A program made the translations under genes and the position numbers. A stretch of 64,000 bases of DNA from Bdellovibrionales bacterium (GTDB lineage: Bacteria; Bdellovibrionota; Bdellovibrionia; Bdellovibrionales; UBA1609), in the NCBI GenBank assembly GCA_027317865.1, contig DAHVQG010000002.1, positions 64,001-128,000 on the forward strand. The letters are read 5' to 3'. Positions 47,859-57,642 of this stretch are shown here, piece after piece. Under the pieces are notes generated by a model. It was given only the letters and a program-made list of their open reading frames with translations. It did no database searches and was not told the origin of the DNA. Positions within the stretch are counted from its first letter, which is position 1. Every line of letters starts with the position of its first letter.

Positions 47859-48808
47859 GAGAACTCGCGATCGCCTCACAAGTCGCGCATACCTTGACGG
47901 TCTTAAGTGGTAACGACCGCGGCACAGTCTATGAACTTGTATCCGGGCGAATCACCATTGGACGCGGTTCTGAAAATACAATTGTCATTCGCGATGACCC
48001 AAAAGTGAGCCGGCAACACGCACAGATTACTGTGGGAGCAAACGGGGCTCAGATCGCCAATAAGTCCGATCACAACAAATTGTTTGTCAATAACCAACCG
48101 GTTGAATCGTGCCGGCTCGCTCCCGGTATGATCGTTCAGGTCGGTGACACAAAATTTATGTTCCAGTCCGCCGGTGCGTCGTCACTGGTTCAACCGGTCG
48201 ATATGACAGCCGCAAAACATGCCGCTGCAAAAAGAGGCCCGTTTGTGTCGCGGCCGCAAAAAGGCAATCGTCTTATATTTTACACCGTCGTGGGAGCTGT
48301 CATTTTGTTAGTTGCATGGATGATGAATCAAAGTTCAAAAGGCGCAAAATCGGGCATACCAGGCACAATGGGGAGTTTTCAATCGACAATCAAAACCGAC
48401 CAGCAGATCGTCAATAGCATTGAGGCACACAAAGCGCGTGCCGGCATGAATACGCCACAGTATCAAGAGGCCCAAAGGCAATTCCTCGAGGGATTTCGCG
48501 AATACGAAAAAGGCCAATATTCACGCGCCATCGAGTCGTTTCAGGCGTGTGTGACGTTGTTCCCCCGGCATCCCGAGTGCGGATTTTATTTAAGTCTCGC
48601 TCAGAATCGATTTCAAGAGCTAATTCAATACGAACTCAACTTGGGGAGCCAATACAAAAGACAACAGCAATACAGCGCCTGCGCAGCCGCCTATCGAAAT
48701 GTCATGTTCATGGTGCAGGATCAACTCGTAACTTCGGAGCAGAAAATTTATAACTTGGCGAGAGCGGGTCACGACGCTTGCATAGCGCTTGGGGGGCGCG
48801 ACAACTGA
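47855..48808 (+). CDS. FHA, TM, TPR protein
   Basis: TIGRG...VSRQHA; TM; TPR-like EGFREYEKGQYSRAIESFQAC. Confidence 0.85.
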   Translation: MRELAIASQVAHTLTVLSGNDRGTVYELVSGRITIGRGSENTIVIRDDPKVSRQHAQITVGANGAQIANKSDHNKLFVNNQPVESCRLAPGMIVQVGDTKFMFQSAGASSLVQPVDMTAAKHAAAKRGPFVSRPQKGNRLIFYTVVGAVILLVAWMMNQSSKGAKSGIPGTMGSFQSTIKTDQQIVNSIEAHKARAGMNTPQYQEAQRQFLEGFREYEKGQYSRAIESFQACVTLFPRHPECGFYLSLAQNRFQELIQYELNLGSQYKRQQQYSACAAAYRNVMFMVQDQLVTSEQKIYNLARAGHDACIALGGRDN

Positions 48809-50880
48809 TGGCGAAGATTTGTGTTTATTTACACGGCCAACTTCTTTCTGAACTGGCACTTATGCCGGGGCAGGAATATTTTGCCGGCCGAGCCTCGCAA
48901 AGTGACATTCACCTTTCTAGCGAGCGCGGAATTTCTCGCCAACACGTAAAATTTTTTGAGCAGGACGGCGTTTGGCACGCTCATCTTCTTTCGAAATACG
49001 GCGGAATGATTTTTGAGGAACAATCCGTCGAAGTTCTCGAGCTTAGAGGGACGACGCGATTTTCAGTTCCACCATATGATTTTGTTTTCGAGAGCCAAAC
49101 CGAAATGGTCGACGCGACAAAGCCGATCCATAACATAGAAGGCGGATCGGCACCTGAGGAGTCACCCGAACCGGCAGATCAAAGTACTCATGATAAACCG
49201 TCTGACTCGACCTTCGAACCACAGGTAGACTCCACACCGAAACCTCAGTCTGAATCGGCGCCTGAATCAAATGGCGACCAAAATGATAATGAGCCGTCAT
49301 TTAGCGACCGTACTGTGCTTGCTCAACCCGCACGACTTATTCCTTATTTAAAGGTCGTGAACAATAAACTTAAGACAGAAGAAGTTCTGAAACTCGAAGG
49401 GACATCCTGGCGTGTAGGCCGAAATCCGGAAAATGAAATTGTGGTCAATGACTCCGCGATTAGCCGCAATCATCTTGAAATTTCAAAAAGAGACGAAAAA
49501 TATTTTGTTACCGATTTGGGGTCGTCAAATGGCACCCAACTGAACGGACTTAAGATCGAACCTAACGCGCCACAATCGCTTCAAAGCGGTGATGTGTTAA
49601 CCGTTCGCCATCTCGAAATCATTTTAGAGCTGCACGACTCCGCCTATGAAAATCAAAACGCGCCTTTGCCCGTTAAGTTTGACGATAACTCTGCGGCGTT
49701 CGAAACGTTTGACCTCGTGCGGGAAGAAAACGCGCTCGAAAACGTCAATCGTGAAAGCGGCACCGGCATCGTGGTCAAAATGGATTCGTCTTGGCGCGCG
49801 AAATGGCTCGCACCTGAAATGATCAAAAAGCGCGTGGTACCGGTTGGCATTGCCGTTTTAATCTTGTCGTTTGTATACGTGATGTCGAGATCTTCGACGC
49901 AGCCAAAATCTTTAAAGGGGCAAGCCAATTCCGCCTCGACCGGAGGACTCTCGCTTGGCGAACTCACCCCCGAGCAGAAAAAGCAAGTTATCGATTTTTT
50001 CAATCTTGCGCATAACTACTATACCGAACGGAAATACACTTTGTGCCTTTCGCAGCTCCAACTTATGACCCAGCTCACTCCCTTTTATTTAAATTCTAAA
50101 GAACTAGAAAATCTCTGCCAGCAAGGGCAAATCGACGAAGCCCGGGCCCTCGACCGCGAACGTGAAAAGAAAGAACAGCAAAAAACCGACGAAGAAGTTC
50201 AAGCAAACATTGCCAAATGTCAAAAACAGTTGAACGCTTCGACAACAGTTTCGTCGATGCGTTCATGTCTGGATGAAGCCATACAACTTGACCCTGCAAA
50301 TCCGGCAGTTATGAACCTCCTCAGTCAAGCAAGTATTCGGCAATCGCAAGCTCAATCGCAAGCGCAGCAAGCCGAAGAATTTCGCAGGCGCAAACGCGAA
50401 GGCCAAGCGATTTTTAGCGCCGCAGAAGACGCCTATAGAAATCGAAATAACAGACAGGCATTATATGAATATCGACGCTTTCTCAGTGGTGGTTATCCTG
50501 GCCTGAATCAAGATGACGATGTCGCATCTCGACATTTAGCCTCAATTGAATCTGGAATCGAACACGAGTTCACGGCCGATTTGAACGAATGCCAAGGTGA
50601 CATAAGTAATAATGATTTAAAAAATGCCATTAAGGCTTGCAGTGACGCGCTTAATGTGCGGCCCGGCGATCCCGCCGCCGAAGACATGAAAAAACGCGCG
50701 TACTCGCGCCTAAGCGATGAAATGAGAGCGATTTATCAAGATAGTGAGCTTGAAGAAAATATGGGCAACATCGATTCAGCCAAAGATAAATGGCTCAAAA
50801 TCATTCGGGAATCAGTTCCAGGCGAAGATTATTATGAAAAGGCCAAGAACAAACTCATTACTTACGGCGTTGCGATGTAA
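48808..50880 (+). CDS. double FHA, TM, Cys-containing TPR protein
   Basis: TGATG coupling at 48806-48810; FHA1 AGR...ISRQH; acidic P/S linker; FHA2 VGR...ISRNH...SSNGT; TM; TPR-like repeats. Confidence 0.85.
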   Translation: MAKICVYLHGQLLSELALMPGQEYFAGRASQSDIHLSSERGISRQHVKFFEQDGVWHAHLLSKYGGMIFEEQSVEVLELRGTTRFSVPPYDFVFESQTEMVDATKPIHNIEGGSAPEESPEPADQSTHDKPSDSTFEPQVDSTPKPQSESAPESNGDQNDNEPSFSDRTVLAQPARLIPYLKVVNNKLKTEEVLKLEGTSWRVGRNPENEIVVNDSAISRNHLEISKRDEKYFVTDLGSSNGTQLNGLKIEPNAPQSLQSGDVLTVRHLEIILELHDSAYENQNAPLPVKFDDNSAAFETFDLVREENALENVNRESGTGIVVKMDSSWRAKWLAPEMIKKRVVPVGIAVLILSFVYVMSRSSTQPKSLKGQANSASTGGLSLGELTPEQKKQVIDFFNLAHNYYTERKYTLCLSQLQLMTQLTPFYLNSKELENLCQQGQIDEARALDREREKKEQQKTDEEVQANIAKCQKQLNASTTVSSMRSCLDEAIQLDPANPAVMNLLSQASIRQSQAQSQAQQAEEFRRRKREGQAIFSAAEDAYRNRNNRQALYEYRRFLSGGYPGLNQDDDVASRHLASIESGIEHEFTADLNECQGDISNNDLKNAIKACSDALNVRPGDPAAEDMKKRAYSRLSDEMRAIYQDSELEENMGNIDSAKDKWLKIIRESVPGEDYYEKAKNKLITYGVAM

Positions 50881-50901
50881 CAATGCGATTGAGAACTAAA
50901 A

Positions 50902-51588
50902 ATGCTGAGATTTGAAGAAAAATCTTATAACACAAACCTATTTCGTCCACGGCCAGAAATTCACATCGAGCCTGACGGCAGCCTTTTGATTGTGGCAACT
51001 CCCTGGGGCGCGCGCGCACCGGCCCGCAAGGCAATACGCAAAATTCAAGATTATTTTCTTTCAACCCGTCAGGACGTTGAAGCAACCTCGCCTTTTTCCC
51101 GTCTGGCGTGTCTTTCACCAATGGGCAATGATCTTCGCGTTGCCGTCAAGTTGGCAAGCGACGTTATTCATCACGAAGAAAACCGCGAAGAATACGTTTC
51201 GGCACTCGAATTATTTGTTTTGGCTCGCAACAAAGATGAAACGGTTTGGATTCAAGTCGGCCATCCGTTTGTCTTACTGGATCGCCCCGGTGAAAATTTG
51301 ATGACGCTCGGAAATCAGCAAGATCTCAGCCTTGAATTTTCAAAACCAGGCGCGATTTTTCCACCGCTGCCTTCTCGATTTATTGGCGTGGAAGCGACCA
51401 GTGATTTCGCCGTGGAATCAATGCGAACTCAAGCGGCGGATAAATTTATTTTGGTGTCAAGCTCCTCAGTTCCAGGAAATTTATATTCGCTCCCCGAATC
51501 GAACCGGTCGCTGCACACAATTTCAGAAACTTTCGCGCGCGCGCGACCCTCACATCCGTTTTGGCTCGGCATTTGTCAGTTCTCTTGA
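50902..51588 (+). CDS. PP2C/SpoIIE-like fold protein, apparently non-catalytic
   Basis: LLIVATPWGA (cf. VADGMGG), WIQVGHP (cf. ANVGDS), SRFIG (cf. TRALG), DKFILVSSS (cf. LLCSDG). Confidence 0.55.
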   Translation: MLRFEEKSYNTNLFRPRPEIHIEPDGSLLIVATPWGARAPARKAIRKIQDYFLSTRQDVEATSPFSRLACLSPMGNDLRVAVKLASDVIHHEENREEYVSALELFVLARNKDETVWIQVGHPFVLLDRPGENLMTLGNQQDLSLEFSKPGAIFPPLPSRFIGVEATSDFAVESMRTQAADKFILVSSSSVPGNLYSLPESNRSLHTISETFARARPSHPFWLGICQFS

Positions 51589-53432
51589 GTCTCTTCAAGA
51601 CGGTCGACAAGAATCTGACGAAAAAATCGGAATTCCGGGAGGGTTAAAACTAAATTGACTAATGTGGGCTCATTAGGATTTCTCACCGGAGTATCCCATG
51701 GCAAACCGATGCCATAATTTTCACGTACCGCCTGATTAAGCAGTTCGGACATTAGATATTCGTGAAAAAACCGGTCTTGAAGTAAATTCGGGAGCAAACT
51801 CCCGTTGTTTACCCACTTGGCAAAGGCGATGAATTCACGATCTTCACACGCTTGGGCCGGCTTTTTATTCGGCGACCGTTTGCTGTTACGGTTCAATCGA
51901 TGAATCATCCGAATACAATTGTTGTCTGGCAAGATCGCATGTTCGTTGAGTTGTCGGCGCGCCACGTAGGTCCAAACCGGTTCGTTGTAGCGTTGCCCAA
52001 AATACTGAAGCGCGCGCCAATCTCGTTCGTGAAGCGCGCGCCACGCGAGCCAACGCCCGACGCGCAAGTCTTTCGGTCGCTCCCTCGCCAATCTCTCTAA
52101 TTCTGAAAATTTCCCGCTATAATAATGAACGGCCGAAAACACGTCTTGCGCCACTATAAATTCGTCATGGAGGCTTGGTTTAAGAAAATTAAACGGTTTA
52201 ATGTTATGTTGCCGGATGAATTTTTGAATTTTAGCGGCCGCGTTTTTAACTGTTGGGTTATCTGGCGAAATCGGCTGAACTTCGAAGCGGTCAGTCAACG
52301 AATCAAAAATTTCGGGCGATAAACTATCGATATAAAGAAGATCGCCCAAACGAAACGAGTACCGTATACTACCAAAGCCTCGCCACTTCGCCCAAGCCGA
52401 TTCGATCGGTATCACACGGTTTTTTGGCCAATTAACCGTCGGCGCGGTTAACGCCGCCGCCAACGACACCGATGGGATCGTCATAAATTTCGAGTTCGCG
52501 TGCGCTTTGGTCGCATGAAGCAAATCGAATAGCGTCGCCCCGAGATCAGCGAGAGTGACGTTCGCATCAATTGGCCAACTGTTGCCCTGCTTAAGATCTT
52601 TGTGCGCTGGTTTAAATAACAAGAAAACATGGGTGTTTTCACTGTAAAGATCGAGTGTGTTGATTTCCCCCCGGTCTTGATCTGGTACGCCGTTCAACCC
52701 CACAATCACGACATTTGTTTTGCGCCACCTTCTCAACTGTTTTAGCCGAATTACTAATTGCGACAACGCGCGGTTAAAGTAATCGAATTGGGTATACATC
52801 GGAGTTTCACTGCTTACTTCGGTTTCAAATCGTGCCGGTGGCGCAAATTGCAAATCCGGCACGTAGATAACGGTAAAAAACGGTCGATGTTTGGAGCCGC
52901 CATTTAGCCAGCGAAAAAACAGTTTTAGAGTTACTCCAAACGGACGATAGAGTTCACTTGACGTCGGCATTACATCGTCGTCAAAAAACTCAAAACCCTT
53001 ATCTAATCCGGACTTTCTCCAGATGGGTGGACCCCCTGAAAAAAAAGCGGTGCGATAACCGGCGCGAAAGGCAGCATCGCTCACGGTGTCAAATTTTTCT
53101 GAAAGGTAATTGTCGCCGTTTTGATGAACATGATCGTCGATCGGATATAAGCCAGTCAAAATCGAAGTCAGCGCCGATTGACTTAAGATTGATGTCGTAT
53201 AGGCCTGCGTGAATCGCACGCCATTTTCACAGATTGCCGCTAGACCGTCATCTTGTGCCGTAGAACAGTCTAGCGAATCAGCGCTTAACCGTTCGACGGC
53301 AATGATTAGAAATGATGGTTTGTTCGTTTTACCCCAAGTACAACCGCCTAAAAACAGCATGCCGACTGCTACAAGCGCCGTCCCAACCAACGGTCTTGCG
53401 ATATGGATAACCGAGTCGAATCGCAAAACCAT
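51576..53432 (-). CDS. sulfatase/alkaline-phosphatase-superfamily lipoprotein, degenerate active site
   Basis: ATG 53432 after AAGGAGG; lipobox LGGC; GVRFTQAYT...SILTGLYP, GYRTAFF, GFEFFDD, PFF, DLGATL. Confidence 0.75.
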   Translation of the reverse strand: MVLRFDSVIHIARPLVGTALVAVGMLFLGGCTWGKTNKPSFLIIAVERLSADSLDCSTAQDDGLAAICENGVRFTQAYTTSILSQSALTSILTGLYPIDDHVHQNGDNYLSEKFDTVSDAAFRAGYRTAFFSGGPPIWRKSGLDKGFEFFDDDVMPTSSELYRPFGVTLKLFFRWLNGGSKHRPFFTVIYVPDLQFAPPARFETEVSSETPMYTQFDYFNRALSQLVIRLKQLRRWRKTNVVIVGLNGVPDQDRGEINTLDLYSENTHVFLLFKPAHKDLKQGNSWPIDANVTLADLGATLFDLLHATKAHANSKFMTIPSVSLAAALTAPTVNWPKNRVIPIESAWAKWRGFGSIRYSFRLGDLLYIDSLSPEIFDSLTDRFEVQPISPDNPTVKNAAAKIQKFIRQHNIKPFNFLKPSLHDEFIVAQDVFSAVHYYSGKFSELERLARERPKDLRVGRWLAWRALHERDWRALQYFGQRYNEPVWTYVARRQLNEHAILPDNNCIRMIHRLNRNSKRSPNKKPAQACEDREFIAFAKWVNNGSLLPNLLQDRFFHEYLMSELLNQAVRENYGIGLPWDTPVRNPNEPTLVNLVLTLPEFRFFRQILVDRLEETQEN

Positions 53433-53535
53433 ACCCTCCTTAAGCACCATCTGCTTTGTGTCAGAAGATGATACCTTGACCACGCAAAACTCGACCAGCG
53501 ATAATTTTTAATATTTGCTTGCGGAGGTTCCCAAC

Positions 53536-54162
53536 ATGTTAACTCAAAAATTTTTTGTCATCGCGCAATCCGTTCACGAGGGGACACTCTGGCTCCTTGT
53601 CATTTTAAGCGTTTTTAGTATCGCGTTTATTATCGAAAGGTATTTTACGCTTTCGACTGTTACGAAAAAAAGCGAATCCATGGCTAAGCAAATTCAAGAA
53701 ACGTTACACAGCAACAATCTCAAAGATCTTGAAGATTTGTCTCGTGATCGCGATTCAATCGAGGGCCGCGCGCTATCTTACGGTTTGCGCCACACGAAAG
53801 AACACGGCACAAAAGGTCTAGAAGAAATCTTTGATTCATACGGGCAACTTGAGCGGCAAAAACTCGAACGCCGGCTTGGATTTTTAGCAACTGTTGGCTC
53901 GAACGCCCCGTTTATAGGCCTTCTCGGCACCGTGTTTGGTATTATGGATGCATTTCATGGTCTTGCCAGTTCATCCGGACAAATCCAGGCCGTGCTTATC
54001 GGGATATCCAATGCGCTTGTGGCGACCGCAGCGGGCCTCATTGTCGCGATTCCAGCCGTCATCGCGTACAACTATTTTCAACGGCGAGTGAAAATGGTTT
54101 TACAAAACCTTGAGAGTACAAAAGATATTTGCGTCGCGTACGCCAAAGCATTCAAAGGATAA
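53536..54162 (+). CDS. exbB: MotA/TolQ/ExbB proton channel protein
   Basis: ATG after GGAGG; FLATVGSNAPFIGLLGTVFGI, ALVATAAGLIVAIPA. Confidence 0.9.
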   Translation: MLTQKFFVIAQSVHEGTLWLLVILSVFSIAFIIERYFTLSTVTKKSESMAKQIQETLHSNNLKDLEDLSRDRDSIEGRALSYGLRHTKEHGTKGLEEIFDSYGQLERQKLERRLGFLATVGSNAPFIGLLGTVFGIMDAFHGLASSSGQIQAVLIGISNALVATAAGLIVAIPAVIAYNYFQRRVKMVLQNLESTKDICVAYAKAFKG

Positions 54163-54164
54163 AT

Positions 54165-54581
54165 ATGGCGGCTAAAATCAGCGGAGAAGATAGCGAGCCC
54201 ATAGCGGACATTAACATCGTCCCCTTTGTCGATATCATTTTAGTTGTGCTCATTATATTCATGATCGCGGCCCCATTTGTCGAAAAATCGAGTATCAAAC
54301 TGAATCTACCAAAAGCTGCCAGCGGAGAAGATACGAAACCATCGCAGTTAACGGTTTATATAACGGCCGCCGGCAAAGCGTTTATCGATGGTAAGCCCGT
54401 AACCGACAAACAAATTTCTTCGTTTGCACACGAGATGGCCATCAAAAAGCCGAACACACAGGCGATTATATCAGCCGACAAAGACTCGCTCCATGGTCGA
54501 GTCGTTCAAGTGATCGATCTCATTAAAACGGCGGGAATTAACCGCTTTGCCATTACTGTCGATAAAACGACGAAGCCGTAG
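54165..54581 (+). CDS. exbD: ExbD/TolR family protein
   Basis: DINIVPFVDIILVVLIIFMI, LPKA, ISADK. Confidence 0.9.
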   Translation: MAAKISGEDSEPIADINIVPFVDIILVVLIIFMIAAPFVEKSSIKLNLPKAASGEDTKPSQLTVYITAAGKAFIDGKPVTDKQISSFAHEMAIKKPNTQAIISADKDSLHGRVVQVIDLIKTAGINRFAITVDKTTKP

Positions 54582-54635
54582 TCTGTCGAATTGAACGTCC
54601 TCAAGTCGCAAAGGAATTGTTCTAAGGTGACGCCC

Positions 54636-55061
54636 TCATTTAGGTCGCCAAGCATGTTTTAATAAAATCAGCGAAGTCAAAGTCAGAGCGAGAACGACGA
54701 ATGTAACACCGGCGTAGAACCAATCTTTATCTGCAATAATAAAGAGAATTAACGACACAGCGACTCGAAGTATGGGTGTCAAAACAAGTAGAAAAATACC
54801 GCAATCAAGCACGCTTCTGCCATCAAATTGTGTTAACCCATTAAACATCGTGCGCAAATTATCTTGAAACGCAATATGTTGCATCATCGCAATGCTCGGC
54901 AAGCCGTGAATCCAGCTCAAACCTAAGCCGATCGCCATGACTGCGATGCTCGCAAATACGCCGACTCGCAGTACCCAACTGGCCGCATCTTGAATAATGA
55001 ACTCATTTTTCTCCGCCGGTACAGTAGAGTCTATTGGTGCTTTTTCAGATTGCAGTTTCAC
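54636..55061 (-). CDS. DUF1634 family membrane protein
   Basis: VLRVGV, GIFLLVLTPILRV, DKDWFY; the usual partner of TauE/SafE genes. Confidence 0.8.
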   Translation of the reverse strand: MKLQSEKAPIDSTVPAEKNEFIIQDAASWVLRVGVFASIAVMAIGLGLSWIHGLPSIAMMQHIAFQDNLRTMFNGLTQFDGRSVLDCGIFLLVLTPILRVAVSLILFIIADKDWFYAGVTFVVLALTLTSLILLKHAWRPK

Positions 55062-55075
55062 GATACCACCCCCAA

Positions 55076-55939
55076 TTAGAAATTTAACCCAAGTCCCTTC
55101 AGCAACATCTCAACTCCTATCACACCAAGCGCAACGGCAAACACCTTTCGAATAGACGCGTTGGACATTCGCTCCATTAGTTTTGTACCTATTATCGCCC
55201 CGACAAGAACTGCGGCGGCCACGGGGGCAACCAAATAACTTAGCACCAAGCCGCTGTGCAAATAAACACCCGCCGCAGATGCGGCAGTCACACCAATCAT
55301 AAAATTGCTCGTCGCTGTAGACACTTTGGTTGGAACTTTCATACAGATTTCATGGGCGAGAACCTTCAAAACTCCGGCTCCAATTCCCAACAGTCCAGAA
55401 ATGATCCCCGCCAAGAACATAATTCCCATCGAAGGCGGGATTCCGGTGACTTGGTAATAAACATCTCTGCCGAGACGTTTGTCAAAATAAAATCCATTTA
55501 GACGAAGTTTTGCCGCCAACCCATCGTTGCGAACGCCCTCTGGCAGTTCCTCACCAATGTTGGCAAGAATAGGTATTAGAGAAAGCAAGAGAGTAACTCC
55601 GAACAAAATGCTGAGCGCTGCCGGACTAATGTATGGAGCCAGCAGAGCAGCGCCTACAATTGCACCCGTTGCAGTCGACAGCTCCAGAAACATGGCGATT
55701 CGTACGTTGGTGACATGATCTTTTAAATAAACAGACCCGGCGCCACTAGAAACGGCTATGACGGAAATGATACTGGCCCCGATCGCTTGTTGGATCGGAA
55801 TGTGCATCAGTAAAGTTAACACGGGAACGATGACTATCCCTCCGCCAAGTCCGCTAATTGAACCTATTACACCACCGAGCAACGAGGCTACGCCCACTTC
55901 AAAGAGCCACAACAAAGACGCCGCTGATTGCATATCCAA
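55076..55939 (-). CDS. sulfite exporter TauE/SafE family protein
   Basis: GLGGGIVIVP, AIGASIISVIA, SGLLGIGAG, STATSNFMIGVTA. Confidence 0.9.
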   Translation of the reverse strand: MDMQSAASLLWLFEVGVASLLGGVIGSISGLGGGIVIVPVLTLLMHIPIQQAIGASIISVIAVSSGAGSVYLKDHVTNVRIAMFLELSTATGAIVGAALLAPYISPAALSILFGVTLLLSLIPILANIGEELPEGVRNDGLAAKLRLNGFYFDKRLGRDVYYQVTGIPPSMGIMFLAGIISGLLGIGAGVLKVLAHEICMKVPTKVSTATSNFMIGVTAASAAGVYLHSGLVLSYLVAPVAAAVLVGAIIGTKLMERMSNASIRKVFAVALGVIGVEMLLKGLGLNF

Positions 55940-56037
55940 GACTTTCTAGAAATTGAATTGCTTTTCGAATCGATTTTTTTGGCATATATATGCCTGAAAA
56001 TGAAATCACTTAAAAATATATAATTTCTATGAAACCT

Positions 56038-56052
56038 ATTCCCAAAAGGAAT
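56038..56052. promoter_or_regulatory. LysR-type T-N11-A operator overlapping the LysR start
   Basis: ATTCC-caaaa-GGAAT inverted repeat in the AT-rich divergent intergenic region. Confidence 0.5.
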
Positions 56053-56953
56053 GCTCGTTTTGGACGTAAATCACCTTAAGTATTTTTATACGGTTGCTAA
56101 GGAAGGTAGCTTTACTAAAGCCGCAAATTCTCTTCGAGTTCAACAACCGACCGTCAGCAAAATGATTCGCTCGCTTGAGATGCAGCTAGGATTTGTTCTT
56201 ATCGAACGCGGCAAGAAGGGAATAACACTCACGAATTCCGGGACCCGGGTTTTCAAGTTATGCCAAGAAATCTTTGAACGAGTCGAGCAGATCGTCAACT
56301 GTTCTGACCCTGAAAATCAAGAGTGCGTCGGTTCACTCAATTTTGGCGCTAACGACGGTGTCTCATCGCATTTGATGCCAACCGTACTCAGCGTCTTTTT
56401 GCGCGACCATCCAAAAGCTCGTCCCTCTATTTTCAGCGGCAATTCCACTTTGATCTCTCGAGAAATTATCGACGGCAAAATCGATTTTGGATTATTTTTT
56501 GCAGCTCCTGAGCCGGGAGGTTTTGAATTAACGGAACTATTCCAGGTCAAGTTTGAGTTGGTTGTGGCGACGGCGGTACTTGAGCGCCAAGATATCGAAC
56601 AAGTCACGAAACGTCTCATCGTGCCTCGCGAGATTGACTACGGAAAGTTTATGCCGCCGCCGGCTCTTCAAATGTTAAAAAGGAACGGCATAAGTTTCGA
56701 CCATGTCATTACGACAAATACGTACGACTCGCAAAAGATGCTTGTTCAAGCGGGACTCGGAGCTGCCCTGTTGCCCTCATTCATGGTTTTTCGTGAACTT
56801 AGAAATGGAAAGTTAAAAGCCGTGTATCCGAACAAATCTTTTTTTACTTCGTTAAAGCTCATAAAACGCAATGGAAAGATCCTTTCTAAGAATTCTTCTG
56901 TTTTTCTTGATTATGTCGGGCGCTTAGCGCCCAGTATTATCGAGCCGACTTAA
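56051..56953 (+). CDS. LysR family transcriptional regulator
   Basis: LKYFYTVAKEGSFTKAANSLRVQQPTVSKMIRSLE HTH; substrate-binding domain (VQAGLGAALLP). Confidence 0.95.
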   Translation: MLVLDVNHLKYFYTVAKEGSFTKAANSLRVQQPTVSKMIRSLEMQLGFVLIERGKKGITLTNSGTRVFKLCQEIFERVEQIVNCSDPENQECVGSLNFGANDGVSSHLMPTVLSVFLRDHPKARPSIFSGNSTLISREIIDGKIDFGLFFAAPEPGGFELTELFQVKFELVVATAVLERQDIEQVTKRLIVPREIDYGKFMPPPALQMLKRNGISFDHVITTNTYDSQKMLVQAGLGAALLPSFMVFRELRNGKLKAVYPNKSFFTSLKLIKRNGKILSKNSSVFLDYVGRLAPSIIEPT

Positions 56954-57642
56954 AAGCCGAGCTGCGCTTCGAGATTTTGATTTAAGACTTGCGCGACCTC
57001 ATTGCGGTCGACAGATTCACCGAGAACTTCTTCGATTGAAGTCATAATTGAAGATTGCATCCCGCACGGATTAATTCCCGAAAATGCCATCGGATCGTAC
57101 GTAACGTTTAATGCGACTCCGTGATAAGTCACCCATTTGCGGCAGGCAATCCCGATAGAAGCAATTTTCTTGTCCCCGTTTGCAACCCACACGCCGGTAC
57201 GCGAAATATGGCCCTGGGTATCTTTCGCGACTTTTTCGCTTGAAATCGCGGCCCCCTGTTTAGAGACCAGCGAGCCACCTTGAGCACTAATGCCAAATTT
57301 TGCAAGTGCTTCGGCAACTGCAGTTTCTAATGCGCGCATAAATCCGTGCAAATCACGAGCACCAAAATTTCGACGCGGCCGCGACAAATCTATTATCGGA
57401 TATGCCACCAATTGACTGGGCCCATGATATGTCGCACGCCCGCCACGCGACACTTCAACAATTTCGCCCTGCCATCCATGTAAATCATCGGGTCCGGTTG
57501 CGCGCCCTAAAGTTACCGTCGGCGGATGTGAACAAAAAACAAGTGTATCTTCTATGCGCGACGATACAACGCTCTCTACAAGTTCAAGCTGCCGCCGGGT
57601 TGCTTCGCGATAATCAATTAGCCCCCAGTCGATAAAGTTCAT
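56950..57642 (-). CDS. lipB: lipoyl(octanoyl) transferase
   Basis: HPPTVTLGR, RGGRATYHGPSQLVAYPI, KIASIG, HGVALN, INPCG. Confidence 0.95.
   Translation of the reverse strand: MNFIDWGLIDYREATRRQLELVESVVSSRIEDTLVFCSHPPTVTLGRATGPDDLHGWQGEIVEVSRGGRATYHGPSQLVAYPIIDLSRPRRNFGARDLHGFMRALETAVAEALAKFGISAQGGSLVSKQGAAISSEKVAKDTQGHISRTGVWVANGDKKIASIGIACRKWVTYHGVALNVTYDPMAFSGINPCGMQSSIMTSIEEVLGESVDRNEVAQVLNQNLEAQLGF

Noticed and set aside
50341-50364. 12-bp tandem repeat CAATCGCAAGCT/CAATCGCAAGCG
   Set aside because: Only two copies, encoding QSQA-QSQA in a helical linker
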